64,000 nt of DNA, from contig NC_043024.1 of NCBI RefSeq assembly GCF_006345805.1, positions 11,780,001 to 11,844,000 of the forward strand, given 5' to 3'. Position numbers and translations under genes: made by a program. Shown one piece after another: positions 23,984 to 36,224 of this stretch. The DNA is from Octopus sinensis. Its lineage: Eukaryota. The stretch's first letter is position 1, and each line of letters begins with the position of its first letter. The notes beneath the pieces were generated by a model. It did no database searches. It was not told where the DNA came from and was given only the letters and a program-made list of their open reading frames with translations.

Positions 23984-24318
23984 ATATTTTTGCTGGTGGT
24001 GCTCAAGAGATCACATGTTGAAAGAACAGAAGTTGAGAGGTAGACGAATCATGATTTTTAAAAACAAGAGAGTTTCAAAAAAGGAATGTGTGTGGGTGCG
24101 TGTGTGTGTGTGCGTGAAAGGATGACAAGTGTGTTTGGTGCGTGCGTGTGTGTGTGTGTATGTATGGTGAATAAAAGCATGGCAAGTTAGCTGTCACAAG
24201 ACACTCCTATATATATGTATATATATGTATATAATATAATATACATATATATATTGTTATATATATATATAATATGTATATATATATATATACATATATA
24301 TATGTATATATATATGTG

Positions 24319-24401
<83 letters not shown>

Positions 24402-24463
24402 TATATATATATATATATATATTATATTATATAATAGAAATATATATATAATATATATATATA

Positions 24464-24515
<52 letters not shown>

Positions 24516-24532
24516 CACATATATATATATAC

Positions 24533-24597
<65 letters not shown>

Positions 24598-24865
24598 GTA
24601 ATATATATATATACATATATATATCATATATATAGGAGTGTCTTGTGACAGCTAACTTGCCATGCTTATTATTCACCATACATACACACCCACACCACGC
24701 ACGCACAACACACTTGTCATCCTTTCACGCACACACACCACAACGCACCCACACACATTCCTTTTTTGAAACTCTCTTGTTTTTAAAAATCATGATTCGT
24801 CTACCTCTCAACTTCTGTTCTTTCACATGTGATCTCTTGAGCACCACCAGCAAAAATATTTTTTT
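23984..24865. repeat. Inverted duplication (~230-bp arms) around a ~420-bp (TA)-rich spacer
   Basis: 23984-24210 is the reverse complement of 24631-24865. Confidence 0.9.
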
Positions 24866-24902
24866 CCTCTGTCTTCCCTTCTCGGGATCTTTCCTCTCCT
24901 TT

Positions 24903-24937
24903 GTTTCCGACGAAGAGCTCCGCTCGAAACGTTAAAC
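24903..24937 (+). ncRNA. Minimal HHR-like motif (CCGACGA family)
   Basis: Same string as 22577-22611. Confidence 0.5.
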
Positions 24938-25192
24938 CCTCCTTCCCTTCTTTCCTGAGCGTCAAATAATACTTTAATTGTTCCACGTCCTCGCGTTGCT
25001 GTGTTTTTTTCTGTTTTTTGCTGTGTTTTCTTGTTTGGATTAACTTTATATATGTATATATATATACATATATATATATATATGTACATATATATATATG
25101 TATGTATGTATGTGTATATAGCATGTTGATTCGCTAGCTTCTGCACGCATTTTTTTCTCTCCTTGTTTCTCTCCGTGTTTCTTTTCTGTGTA

Positions 25193-25230
25193 TCTTTCTG
25201 TTGAAGAGCGTAGGCTCGAAACGTAAAAGA
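25193..25230 (+). ncRNA. Minimal HHR-like motif (GAGC-gtag-GCTC family)
   Basis: tcttt-CTGTTGA-a-GAGC-gtag-GCTC-GAAAC-GTA-aaaga. Confidence 0.55.
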
Positions 25231-25433
25231 CTTGTTTTATTTATATTCTTGAGCGCCATACTAATACAATTGTTTGTTTGTACTCCACCTGCCATCGTCT
25301 TTTGTTTATTTTCATAAAGCTTCCCGTTATATATATATATATATATTGATATATGAAATTTACAGAAAAGAAAAAGACAGGTGTATAAACAACAAGCAGG
25401 TGTATTAGTTTGACGCGCGGAAGATGGGAAAGA

Positions 25434-25470
25434 CTTTTACGCTTCGAGCCTACGCTCTTCATCAGAAAGG
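25434..25470 (-). ncRNA. Minimal HHR-like motif (GAGC-gtag-GCTC family)
   Basis: ccttt-CTGATGA-a-GAGC-gtag-GCTC-GAAGC-GTA-aaag: canonical CUGAUGA, but A15.1 to G. Confidence 0.5.
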
Positions 25471-26618
25471 AACACGAGGAAATAGACAGAGAGAATAAAA
25501 AACTTACATATATATATATAAAATAGAAAAGAGTGAAAAAACTATAGAAGGCTTGTTTTATAAGGTTAAAGTATATATTTAAGTCGTTATGTTAGAAAAA
25601 TGTTATAAAACTTTGCATATAGTAACATAGTTTTTGGAGAAATTACCGGTTTCGTGTTAACTTTTCAAATTTCTCAAATGTCTTTACATATATCCTGTCA
25701 TGTCTTCGTTGTGAAGTGCAAAGGAGAGTCCCAGGCAGGGGGAGGTAATAAGGGATTTCTTCTGGTATAAGGGAGATAATCGCTTTATATTCTTTCCCCC
25801 TTTTTTTAATGAGATGAGTTTCTCTGTATAAGAATGTTAGGATGGTTAAGTTCAGGCTTATATTTTTCAATGAAGAATGTCTCGATTAGCTGTGTGGTGA
25901 AAAGCTTGCTTCCCAATTACACGTTTCCGGGTTCAGTCCCACTGCATGGCACCTTGGGCAAGAGATAAGATTGGGGTATCTTCATTTGGGGATGCTTTCG
26001 CTGTCTGGAGTCAATGAGTGTATACCGCGTCGTGTCAAGGTTGCTACTTGATAATTTATAGTCAGAGAATGTTTGTGGTGGTGCTGGTGCTGGTGGGGTA
26101 TGAAGGATATAATGATCTGCTTAAGAACAATTGTGGTTGGATTAGCGCGAAGGACCGAACCAAACCCGGACATTGGAGGAAATGCTGGCGGCCTACGATG
26201 GCTAAGCAGGATATACTCTGACAGTAGTCTAACAGAAAAAAAAGCACTTGAGTTAAAATTAAAGTATCTGTTACTTAAATTTTATGGATAATAGCTGCAG
26301 TCCCAGGAAATAGAATCTCAAGTAGTTGTTAAGTATGCTACATACAAAGTAAACAATATTTAAATTATTCAAGAATTCAGAACTTAAGCGATCTTTGAAG
26401 CGGACATCATAGAGGCAAGTCGCATCATTGTTCTCTTTGCTTTTTGATAACGTTTGGCTTGAAGACAATAAGATACGAAGTTGTAAAGGTATCGGTGTGA
26501 TCCTTAATTATTTATTTTGTATCATTGTGATTTTTTATTAATAATATTGTTCCTGATGTTATTTATTTCATTTTTTCAAGTTTCTGAGGATTATTTCTTA
26601 TGTTTATTTTTATTATTA

Positions 26619-27695
26619 CTAGCAGTATAGCCCAGCATTGCTCGGGCTTGTTTTCTTTTCAACCCTTTAGAATTGGAATTTTTGAAAAGTAAAAATTTTG
26701 CATTATGTAGCTTGTTATTCTCTTCAAGTGAACATTTTTCTGGTTGAAATACACCGAAAAATGGCGACACAGCAGTCAAAAAAGTCGTAAAAAATAGGGG
26801 TTTTCATAGAAAAAAAGCACCTTTTTGATGTAAATAATTTTTGGTGTTATCATGGTCCGATTTGAATTTTTTTCTGCAACATAATGAAGAGCAAGCCTTC
26901 TTCTATCATACTCTCAATTTTGTCAACTTGCGCCGCAGGGTCTCGGAGGAGATAGTGTTAGTTGAAGGCTACCAAACCTGCCACACGCAGACAACTTCAG
27001 CTTTATATATATAGACTAGCAGTATCGCCCGGCGTTGCCCGGTTTTTTCGACCCTTTAGAATTGGAATTTTTGAAAGTTAAAAATTTTGCATTATGTAGC
27101 TTGTTATTCTCTTTAAGTTAGTGAACATTTTTCTGGTTGAAATACACCGAAAAATGGTGACACAGCAGTCAAAGAATCGTAAAAAATAGGGGTTTTCATA
27201 GAAAAAAAGCACCTTTTTGATGTAAATAATTTTTGGTGTTATCATGGTCCGATTTGAATTTTTTTCTGCAACATAATGAAGAGCAAGCCTTCTTCTATCA
27301 TACTCTCAATTTTGGTCACCTTGCGCCGCAGGGTCTCGGAGGAGATAGTGTTAGTTGAAGGCTACCAAACCTGCCACACGCAGACAACTTCAGCTTTATA
27401 TATATAGACTAGCAGTATCGCCCGGCGTTGCCCGGGTTTGTTTCGACCCTTTAGAATTGGAATTTTTGAAAGTTAAAAATTTTGCATTATGTAGCTTGTT
27501 ATTCTCTTTAAGTGAACATTTTCTGGTTGAAATACACCGAAAAATGGTGACACAGCAGTCAAAGAATCGTAAAAAATAGGGGTTTTCATAGAAAAAAAGC
27601 ACCTTTTTGATGTAAATAATTTTTGATGTTAACATGGTCCGATTTGAATTTTATCTCCTACGGAAGGAAGAAGAAGCCTTCTTCTACCATACTCT
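26619..27695 (-). mobile_element. Tandem trimer of the ~393-bp non-autonomous Helitron
   Basis: Units 26619-27015, 27016-27408 and 27409-~27695 (5'-truncated), with CTAG|TC junctions on the minus strand. Confidence 0.9.
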
Positions 27696-27887
27696 ATATA
27701 TTTATGTATGTATATTTGTGTACATGTATGTGGTAGTTTTCAATTATTATTTTATGTTTGTTTTTCATGTATGTTAGATCTTATGGATACATATCAGCAC
27801 ACATTTGTGTATGTGATGATTGTATAGGTTTGTATGTATGTATGTATGTATGTATGTATGTATGTATGTATGTATGTATGTATGTAT

Positions 27888-28290
27888 ACTCTTTTTACTC
27901 TTTTACTCTTTTACTTGTTTCAATCATTTGACTGCGGCCATGCTGGAGCACCGCCTTTAGTCGAGCAGATCGACCCCAGGACTTATTCTTTGTAAGCCCA
28001 GTACTTATTCCATCGGTCTCGTTTGCTGAACCGCTAAGTGACGGGGACGTAAACACACCAGCATCGGTTGTCAAGCAATGCTAGGGGAACAAACACAGAC
28101 ACACAAACACCCACATACATATATATACATATACATATATACGACAGGCTTCTTTCAGTTTCCGTCTACCAAATCCACTCACAAGGCATTGGTCGGCCCG
28201 GGGCTATAGCAGAAGACACTTGCCCAAGATGCCACGCAGTGGGACTGAACCCGGAACCATGTGGTTGGTTAGCAAGCTACTTACCACACA
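27888..28290 (-). mobile_element. SINE family B
   Basis: Reverse complement of the 11745-12250 element. Confidence 0.88.
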
Positions 28291-28578
28291 ACATATATAT
28301 ATATATATTAAATTAAAGAGAAAACCACTATTAGGCAAATCAAACAGTGGAAAACATAAAGCAAAACATAAAAATAAATAATTAATATAATATACAAAAT
28401 ATATAAAACATAAAATTTAAAATTAAATTATTTTGAATTTAAAATTTTTAGTTTATATTTATAAATTTTTATATTTTTAATATTTTTTTAATTTTAAATT
28501 TATATATTTTTAAACTTTTAATTTTTTAATATTTATATTAATTTATTTATTTATTTATTAATGAAAAAAATTTATATA

Positions 28579-28613
<35 letters not shown>

Positions 28614-29046
28614 GGTGTGTATGTGTGTGTACATATATGTATGTATGTGCATGTAGTCTGGCTTATACTTCTATTGGTATTATGTTTTTACATATTTAAA
28701 CTGTGATGTATAATTACCTGTGGGGTTATATATACATGTGTATATATATGTATACTCCATATATACTTGTATATGTTTGTATGTATATAAATATGTATAT
28801 GTACATTGGTATACATTTACATCTGTTGTTTAATATTAAGCTTTGTGTAAGGTAGCTTAGCATATACATGTCTACATGAATGCTCTAGTATTTGGTTTAG
28901 TCTATGTATATTTATGTATATATATACGGTTAAGTAATTGAGATTCTAGTGAATTCTAAAGAATTCACATGAATATGGTCCTTAACTAGGATGCACCGGA
29001 AATCTATATGGTGTTAACCATACGACAAGTGGGGTGATTACAAATA

Positions 29047-29219
29047 GGAAAAAAGCAACAAGAATGGATTAAAATCTCGGTACGATCGTTTCGTACGAGG
29101 ACATCTTTAATAAGCTTATTAAATAATCTTTAATAAGCTTATTTTGTAGCTTATTAAAGATGTCCTCGTACGAAACGATCGTACCGAGATTTTAATCCAT
29201 TCTGTTGCTTTTTTCCTAT
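29047..29219. repeat. Inverted repeat (~70-bp arms) containing an HHR remnant
   Basis: taggaaaaaagcaac...ctttaataagc mirrored at 29145-29219; contains GAAAC-gatc-GTA. Confidence 0.8.
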
Positions 29220-29439
29220 ATGTATATATATATATATACAAATATATTTTTTGGTAATTTTTCGCAAAAAGTAAAGTCACTGAGGATTTTTAAAATAATA
29301 TAAATAATGAAATTATTGTATACAGTGCTCAGGTGCACCACAACTTGTCAAAAAGTGCATATAAAGCATATGCAGTAATGTACAAATGTCTGGGAAGCGA
29401 ACAGTGTATGAGTCAGATACATGCTTGCGTGTGTATGGA

Positions 29440-30540
29440 GGGGAGAACGATCAGGTGTAGTATTGGTGAATCTCAGGAAGCATGGAAGTTTTGAAGGATG
29501 CAGTGCTCCGACAACTAACAACTGATGCCGGCAGTTTGTTCCATGCTTCAGCGTGTGTATGGAGGGGAGAAAGATCAGGTGTAGTGTTGGTGAATCTCAG
29601 GAAGCATGGAAGTTTTGAAGGATGCAGTGCTCCGACAACTAACAACTGATGCCGGCAGTCTGTTCCATGCTTCAGCGTGTGTATGGAGGGGAGAAAATCA
29701 GGTGTAGTGTTGGCGAATCTCAGGAAGCATGGAAGTTTTGAAGGATGCAGTGATCCGACAACTAACAACTGATGCCGGCAGTTTGTTCCATGCTTCAGAA
29801 ACTCTCAACGTGAAAAAAATGTTTCCGAAAGTCATGGGAGCTGTGCTGTTTTCTGACTTTGTAAACATGTCCACGGGTGTTAGACAGGTGGAGTTTGAAA
29901 AGGTGCTCAGAGTTATTGTTTGTAAGATGGTTGATAATTTTATGGGTGTCTGCCAAGTCAGCTGCCAGACGTCGGAGTTTCAACGTGTCCATACCCAGGG
30001 AAGTGTGGAGGCGCAATGGCCCAGTGGTTAGGGCAGCGGACTCGCGGTTTCGATTCCCAGACCGGGCGTTGTGAGTGTTTATTGAGCGAAAACACCTAAA
30101 GCTCCACGATGCTCCGGCAGGGGATGGTGGTGATCCCTGCTGTACTCTTTCACCACAACTTTCTCTCACTCTTACTTCCTGTTTCTGTTGTACCTGTATT
30201 TCAAAGGGCCGGCCTTGTCACTCTCTGTGTCACGCTGAATATCCCCGAGAACTACGTTAAGGGTACACGTGTCTGTGGAGTGCTCAGCCACTTACACGTT
30301 AATTTCACGAGCAGGCTGTTCCGTTGATTCGGATCAACCGGAACCCTCGTCGTCGTAACCGACGGAGTGCTTCCAGACCCAGGGAAATAAGGCGTTCAGA
30401 ATATGGCAAATGCCTGATGGAGGGTATTCTTTTGGTTGCACGTCGCTGAACGGCTTCCAGACGATTAATATCCTGGGCAAGATAGGGGTTCCAGATAGGG
30501 GTTTCCTTTTTATATTGCCTCTTTCAGCGTTTCACAGGAC
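29440..30540 (-). mobile_element. CR1-like LINE 3' end with a triplicated ~122-bp terminus
   Basis: Minus-strand LEAVQRRATKRIPSIRHLPYSERLISLG|MDTLKLRRLAADL...TRGHVYK...FRKHFF...AWNKLPASVVSCRSTASFK. The last segment is repeated three times at 29440-29800. Confidence 0.85.
30003..30376 (+). mobile_element. SINE family C monomer with 10-bp TSD
   Basis: A box tggcccagtgg, B box ggtttcgattcc. TSD acccagggaa at 29993-30002 and 30377-30386. Confidence 0.9.
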
Positions 30541-30609
30541 TCATTGAAACTTACTAAAACTATAAAACATCTTATAACTTTTGTCATCATAATATATTGC
30601 TATTATTTT

Positions 30610-32440
30610 AAGGCGGCGAGCTGTCAGAATCGTTAGCACGCCGGGCGAAATGTTTTGCGGTATTTCGTCTGTGGCGTTCGCTACGCCATCTAGCGGTGGG
30701 GTATCTGGAGCTGGCCCGTAACCCGAATTTTGGAAAAGACGGCGAGCTGGCAGAAACGTTAACACGCCGGGTGAAATGCGTAGCCGTATTTCGTCTGTCG
30801 TTACGTTGTGAGTTCAAATTCCGCCGAGGTCGACTTTGCCTTTCATCTTTTCGGGGTCGATAAATTTAGTACCAGTTACGCACTGGGGTCGATGTAATCG
30901 ACTTAATCCCTTTGTCTGTCCTTGTTTGTCCCCTATATGTTTAGCCCCTTGTGGGTAATAAAGAAATAGATATTTTATCTGCCGAGATCGACTTTGCCTT
31001 TCATCCTTTCGGGGTCGATAAATTAAGTACCACTTACGCACTGGGGTCGATGTAATCGACTTAATCCGTTCGTCTGTCCTTGTTTGTCCCCTCTCTGTGT
31101 AGCCCCTTGTGGGTAATAAAGAAATAGGTATTTCGTCTGCCGAGATTGACTTTGCCTTTCATCTTTTCGGGGTCGATAAATTTAGTACCAGTTACGCACT
31201 GGGGTCGATGTAATCGACTTAATCCGTTTGTCTGTCCTTGTTTGTCCCCTCTCTGTGTAGCCCCTTGTGTGTAATAAAGAAATAGGTATTTCGTCTGCCG
31301 AGATCGACTTTGCCTTTCATCTTTTCAGGGTCGATAAATTTAGTACTAGTTACGCACTGGGTCGATGTAATCGACTTAATCCGTTTGTCTGTCCTTGTTT
31401 GTCCCCTCTATGTTTAGCCCCTTGTGGGTAATAAAGAAATAGGTATTTCGTCTGCCGAGGTCGACTTTGCCTTTCATCCTTTCGGGGGTCGATAAATTTA
31501 GTACCAGTTACGCACTGGGGTCGATGTAATCGACTTAATCCGTTTGTCTGTCCTTGTTTGTCCCTTCTGTGTTTAGCCCCTTGTGGGTAATAAAGAAATA
31601 GGTATTTCGTCTGCCGAGGTCGACTTTGCCTTTCATCATCTTCGGGGTCGATAAATTAAGTACCAGTTACGCACTGGGTCGATGTAATCGACTTAATCCC
31701 TTTTCTGTCCTTGTTTGTCCCCTCTATGTTTAGCCCCTTGTGGGTAATAAAGAAATAGATATTTCTTCTGCCGAGATCGACTTTGCCTTTCATCCTTTCG
31801 GGGTCGATAAATTAAGTACCAGTTACGCACTTGGGTCGATGTAATCGACTTAATCCGTTTGTCTGTCCTTGTTTGTCCCCTCTCTGTGTAGCCCCTTGTG
31901 TGTAATAAAGAAATAGGTATTTCGTCTGCCGAGATCGACTTTGCCTTTCATCCTTTCGGGGTCGATAAATTTAGTACCAGTTACGCACTGGGGTCGATGT
32001 AATCGACTTAATCCGTTTGTCTGTCCTTGTTTGTCCCTTCTGTGTTTAGCCCCTTGTGGGTAATAAAGAAATAGGTATTTCGTCTGCCGAGGTCGACTTT
32101 GCCTTTCATCCTTTCGGGGTCGATAAATTAAGTACCAGTTACGCACTGGGGTCGATGTAATCGACTTAATCTCTTTGTCTGTCCTTGTTTGTCCCCTCTA
32201 TGTTTAGCCCCTTGTGGGTAATAAAGGAATAGGTATTTCGTCTGCCGAGGTCGACTTTGCCTTTCATCCTTTCGTGGTCGATAAATTAAGTACCAGTTAC
32301 GCACTAGGGTCGATGTAATCGACTTAATCCGTTTGTCTGTCCTTGTTTGTCCCCTCTATGTTTAGCCCCTTGTGGGTAGTAAAGAAATAGGTATTTCGTC
32401 TGCCGAGATCGACTTTGCCTTTCATCTTTTCGGGTTCGAT
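30610..32440 (+). mobile_element. SINE family A: duplicated head, one normal body, then 9 full and one partial 157-159-bp B-box-less bodies
   Basis: Unit starts 30970, 31128, 31286, 31443, 31602, 31759, 31917, 32075, 32233, 32391. All lack the gttacgttctgagttcaaattccgcc segment. Confidence 0.9.
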
Positions 32441-32794
32441 GTATGAAAAATTACATCAATATTCTAAATTTGAACATTTTCGCTTCATTTTAGAATTTCA
32501 AAAAGTACAAACCAAACAGAAAAATTTCATACAAAAGAATTTTCGCATTGCAATCATTTCTTATTCGAATTACATGTCCTGGCCATCTGCACCGAATTCT
32601 CAGCAGCATACTTTTGATATTTGAGATACCACATTTTTCTTAGATAAAGTACCAATTGTCAGACATTTGGTATCTTATCTAACCATTTTGTGTTGCAGTC
32701 ATTGCACAGACAGCGCATGTGAAAAGCTTCAAGTTACTTTATATATCTGTAATAGGGAGAACAGGCTTTTGCGAAACCTTATACCCAAAATACT

Positions 32795-33017
32795 CTTACT
32801 CTTTTACTCTTTTACTTGTTTCAGTCATTTGACTGCGGCCATGCTGGAGCACCGCCTTTAGTCGAGCAACTCGACCCCGGGACTTATTCTTTGTAAGCCC
32901 AGTACTTATTCTATCGGTCTCTTTTGCCGAACCGCTAAGTTACGGCGACGTAAACACACCAGTATCGGTTGTCAAGCAATGCTAGGGGGACAAACACAGA
33001 CACAGAAACATACACGC

Positions 33018-33115
<98 letters not shown>

Positions 33116-33162
33116 ATATACATACATATATATATATATACGTATATATATATATATGTATA

Positions 33163-33246
<84 letters not shown>

Positions 33247-33425
33247 CATATATACGACAGGCTTCTTTCAGTTTCCGTCTACCAAACCCACTCACAAGGC
33301 TCTGGTCGGCCCGAGGCTATAGTAGAATACACTTGCCCAAGGTGCCACGCAGTGGGACTGAACCCGGAACCATGTGGTCGGTAAGCAAGCTACTTACCAC
33401 ACACCCACCCCTACGCCTGTATACA
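32795..33425 (-). mobile_element. SINE family B with expanded internal (TA)n
   Basis: Tail at 32795, head at 33425. Confidence 0.88.
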
Positions 33426-33686
33426 CTTATTTTAGTTGTCAGACTCACACCGTATTTATCCCAGAAACGATGGGAAAGTTTTCCAAAAGCACTTATAGCT
33501 TTAGACATTCTAACATTGATTCCATCATCAATAGTACTCTTAAAGTTTATTGTACTTCCAAGATATAGTGGTACCTTGACTTACGAGTGTCCCAACTAAC
33601 GAGTTTTCTCGAGATACGAGCCGCCTCTCGGTTGGTTATTTGCTATGAGTTGCGAGCTAAAATTCGGGTTACGGGCCAGCTTTGGA

Positions 33687-34554
33687 TGGAAGCACTCCGT
33701 CGGTTACGACGACGAGGGTTCCGGTTGATCCGATCAACGGAACAGCCTGCTCGTGAAATTAACGTGTAAGTGGCTGAGCACTCCACAGACACGTGTACCC
33801 TTAATGTAGTTCTCGGGGATATTCAGTGTGAACCAGAGAGTGACAAGGCCGGCCCCTTTGAAATACAGGCACAACAGAAACAGGAAGTAAGAGTGAGAGA
33901 AAGTTGTGGTGAAAGAGTACAGCAGGGGTCACCACTATCCCCTGCCGGAGCCTCGTGGAGCTTTAGGTGTTTTCGCTCAATATGGAAGCACTCCGTCGGT
34001 GACGACAACGAGGGTTCCGGTTGATCCGATCAACGGAACAGCCTGCTCGTGAAATTAACGTGCAAGTGGCTGAGCACTCCACAGACACGTGTACCCTTAA
34101 CGTAGTTCTCGGGGATATTCAGTGTGACACAGAGAGTGACAAGGCCGGCCCTTTGAAATACAGGTACAACAGAAACAGGAAGTAAGAGTGAGAGAAAGTT
34201 GTGGTGAAAGAGTACAGCAGGGGTCACCACCATCCCCTGCCGGAGCCTCGTGGAGCTTTAGGTGTTTTCGCTCAATATGGAAGCACTCCGTCGGTTACGA
34301 CAACGAGGGTTCCGGTTGATCCGATCAACGGAACAGCCTGCTCGTGAAATTAACGTGTAAGTGGCTGAGCACTCCATAGACACGTGTACCCTTAACGTAG
34401 TTCTCGGGGATATTCAGCGTGACACAGAGAGTGACAAGGCTATCCCTGTCGGAGCCTCGTGGTGCTTTAGGTGTTTTCGCTCAATAAAAACTCACAACAC
34501 CCAGTCTGGGAATCGAAACTGCGATCCTAACCACTGGGCCATTGCGCCTCCACA
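33687..34554 (-). mobile_element. SINE family C multimer (head plus 3 bodies)
   Basis: Head ends at 34554; junctions read gagtgcttcca|tattgagcgaaaa on the minus strand. Confidence 0.88.
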
Positions 34555-34971
34555 ATGCCACATTGAACGCTGTAACATCTTCCCAGCATCCAGTGTCTCA
34601 CTCGATAGCAGACAGACAGGCGCGTTGGCAAGTGCGAAGATCGTTAGCCAGACGGGTGGTAAGATGCTTACTTAGTCGTTGCAGGCTACAGTAGCATCTA
34701 TGCTGTGCTTGCAATTGTGTTATTTTGCACAACTTCGTTTTTCTAACCAATGTTTCGAAGAAAGTGAGTGCGAAGGACAGAGATGAGAAGAAGAAGAAGA
34801 AGAAGCGAATGATGTGCTTTGAATTAAAGAAAGAAATTATCGAAAAACATGACCGACGTATGTGTGTAGTCGACATGGCGAAGCAGTATGAGCGTAGGGC
34901 TTCTACGATCTGCACCATACTGAATCAGAAGGAGTCGATAAAATCTATAATGCCAGCCAAAGGCGTTAAAA

Positions 34972-35272
34972 TCTTTATATATAAAACTGAAGTTGTGTGT
35001 GTGTGTGTCTGTCTACTCCGATTTAGATTCCTAACTACCCCCACATTTTGCGGTGCAGTGTAACCAAAACCGGGTATCTTATAGTCGTGATTCATATCGA
35101 GCCCTTCTGGGTATTAGCGCGCGTCTACGATGAGTCTACGATTTAAAAAACAATTTACCATAATTTTTCCGTATTTTTAATGATTTTTGCTCGGGTTATA
35201 TAAGGGAAGTAACTCTCTAAAAATGTTTATATAGTTATTTCCCTTACAAACCCGAGCAACGCCGGGCGATAC
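34972..35272 (+). mobile_element. Non-autonomous Helitron inserted in the Tigger ORF
   Basis: A|TCtttatatataaaactgaag start; 3' hairpin present, CTAG lost. Confidence 0.8.
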
Positions 35273-35512
35273 GCGGACGTCTGTGCATGAAAACATGGAG
35301 AAGCTGCTTGCGAGAGATACCTTGACCGACGCTATAATCTGCGAGAAGGTACGAGCTATTTACGCTGATTTGCTGCAGTATACCCCGGGCACTTTCACGG
35401 ACGAGGTATTAAGCGAATCGATTAAGGCCAGTCGGGGCTGATTCAAGAACTTTAAAAAGAGGACCGGCATTCATTCCTTTGACAGGTATGGTGAGGCAGC
35501 GTGCGCGGATAT

Positions 35513-35803
35513 GTTAGTTAGTTAGTTAGTTAATTTGGCTCAAAAGCAAATAGCAAGGTCATGTAGGGGGACATGGAGTTAAGTACAGGGTGGTGTTCAT
35601 GTAAAGAGTTCAGGCCACTTGAGGTCAAGGGAGGCTTTGAACAAAGCGGTCGTCGGCATCTTCACCATCTCGTCTGGCAGCTTGTTCCACGGATCCGCAA
35701 CCCGGACGGAGAAAGCTCCTCTCCTTCGATTGAGATGAAATCGTCGCAGGTAGAGCTTTTCGGAATGACCCCGCAGCCGACGCTCTGGAGCAGGAGTGAA
35801 GCA
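35513..35803 (-). mobile_element. CR1-like LINE 3' fragment
   Basis: RLRGHSEKL...RRGAFSVRVADPWNKLPDEMV...FKASLD with a (TAAC)n tail. Confidence 0.85.
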
Positions 35804-36224
35804 GCTGAGGATTATCTCAAAGCTTTTGCCGGAGTTATTGCAGCCGAAGGAAGGATACATCTCCCAGCAAGTCTTCAACTGTGATGAGACAGAACTTTTT
35901 TTGGAAGAAGACATATAACGGCAAAGGATGCCAGACCCCCCAACCCATGAAGGATAGGCTAACCCTCGCATTATGCGCCAATGCAAGCATCCACTGCAAG
36001 ATTAAGCCGCTGCTCGTTTATCATTCGGAAACACCAGAGCCCTTTAAGTCACATAAGATTCTGAAAGAAATGCTGCAGGCTATGCGGAGGACAAACCCGA
36101 GGGCGTAGGTCACCTGGCGGTTCTTTGTGGAGTGGGTGAATTTGGTTTTTGGTCGTGACGTTAAGAAATATCTCCAGGAAAATAAACTACCTCTGCAAGC
36201 CCTTCTCGTCCTGGACAATTGGCA

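Larger units (their letters stand above)
33566..36223 (+). mobile_element. Tigger/pogo-like DNA transposon pseudogene, split by three insertions
   Basis: TA-tagtggtaccttgacttacgag start; CENP-B-type HTH ...MCFELKKEIIEKHD...STICTIL...; HENMEKLL...KASRG*FKNFKKR; DDE region VFNCDET...DRLTLALCANAS...LLVLDN. Confidence 0.85.

Noticed and set aside
30003-30075. tRNA genes at the heads of SINE families A, B and C
   Set aside because: A/B boxes are present, but I could not fold a full cloverleaf with an acceptor stem, and each head continues into a SINE body with TSDs.
32473-32750. Two acceptor-like sites with short open frames upstream of the LRR gene
   Set aside because: No strong donor and no recognisable peptide. 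They could be UTR exons, but the sequence alone does not support that.
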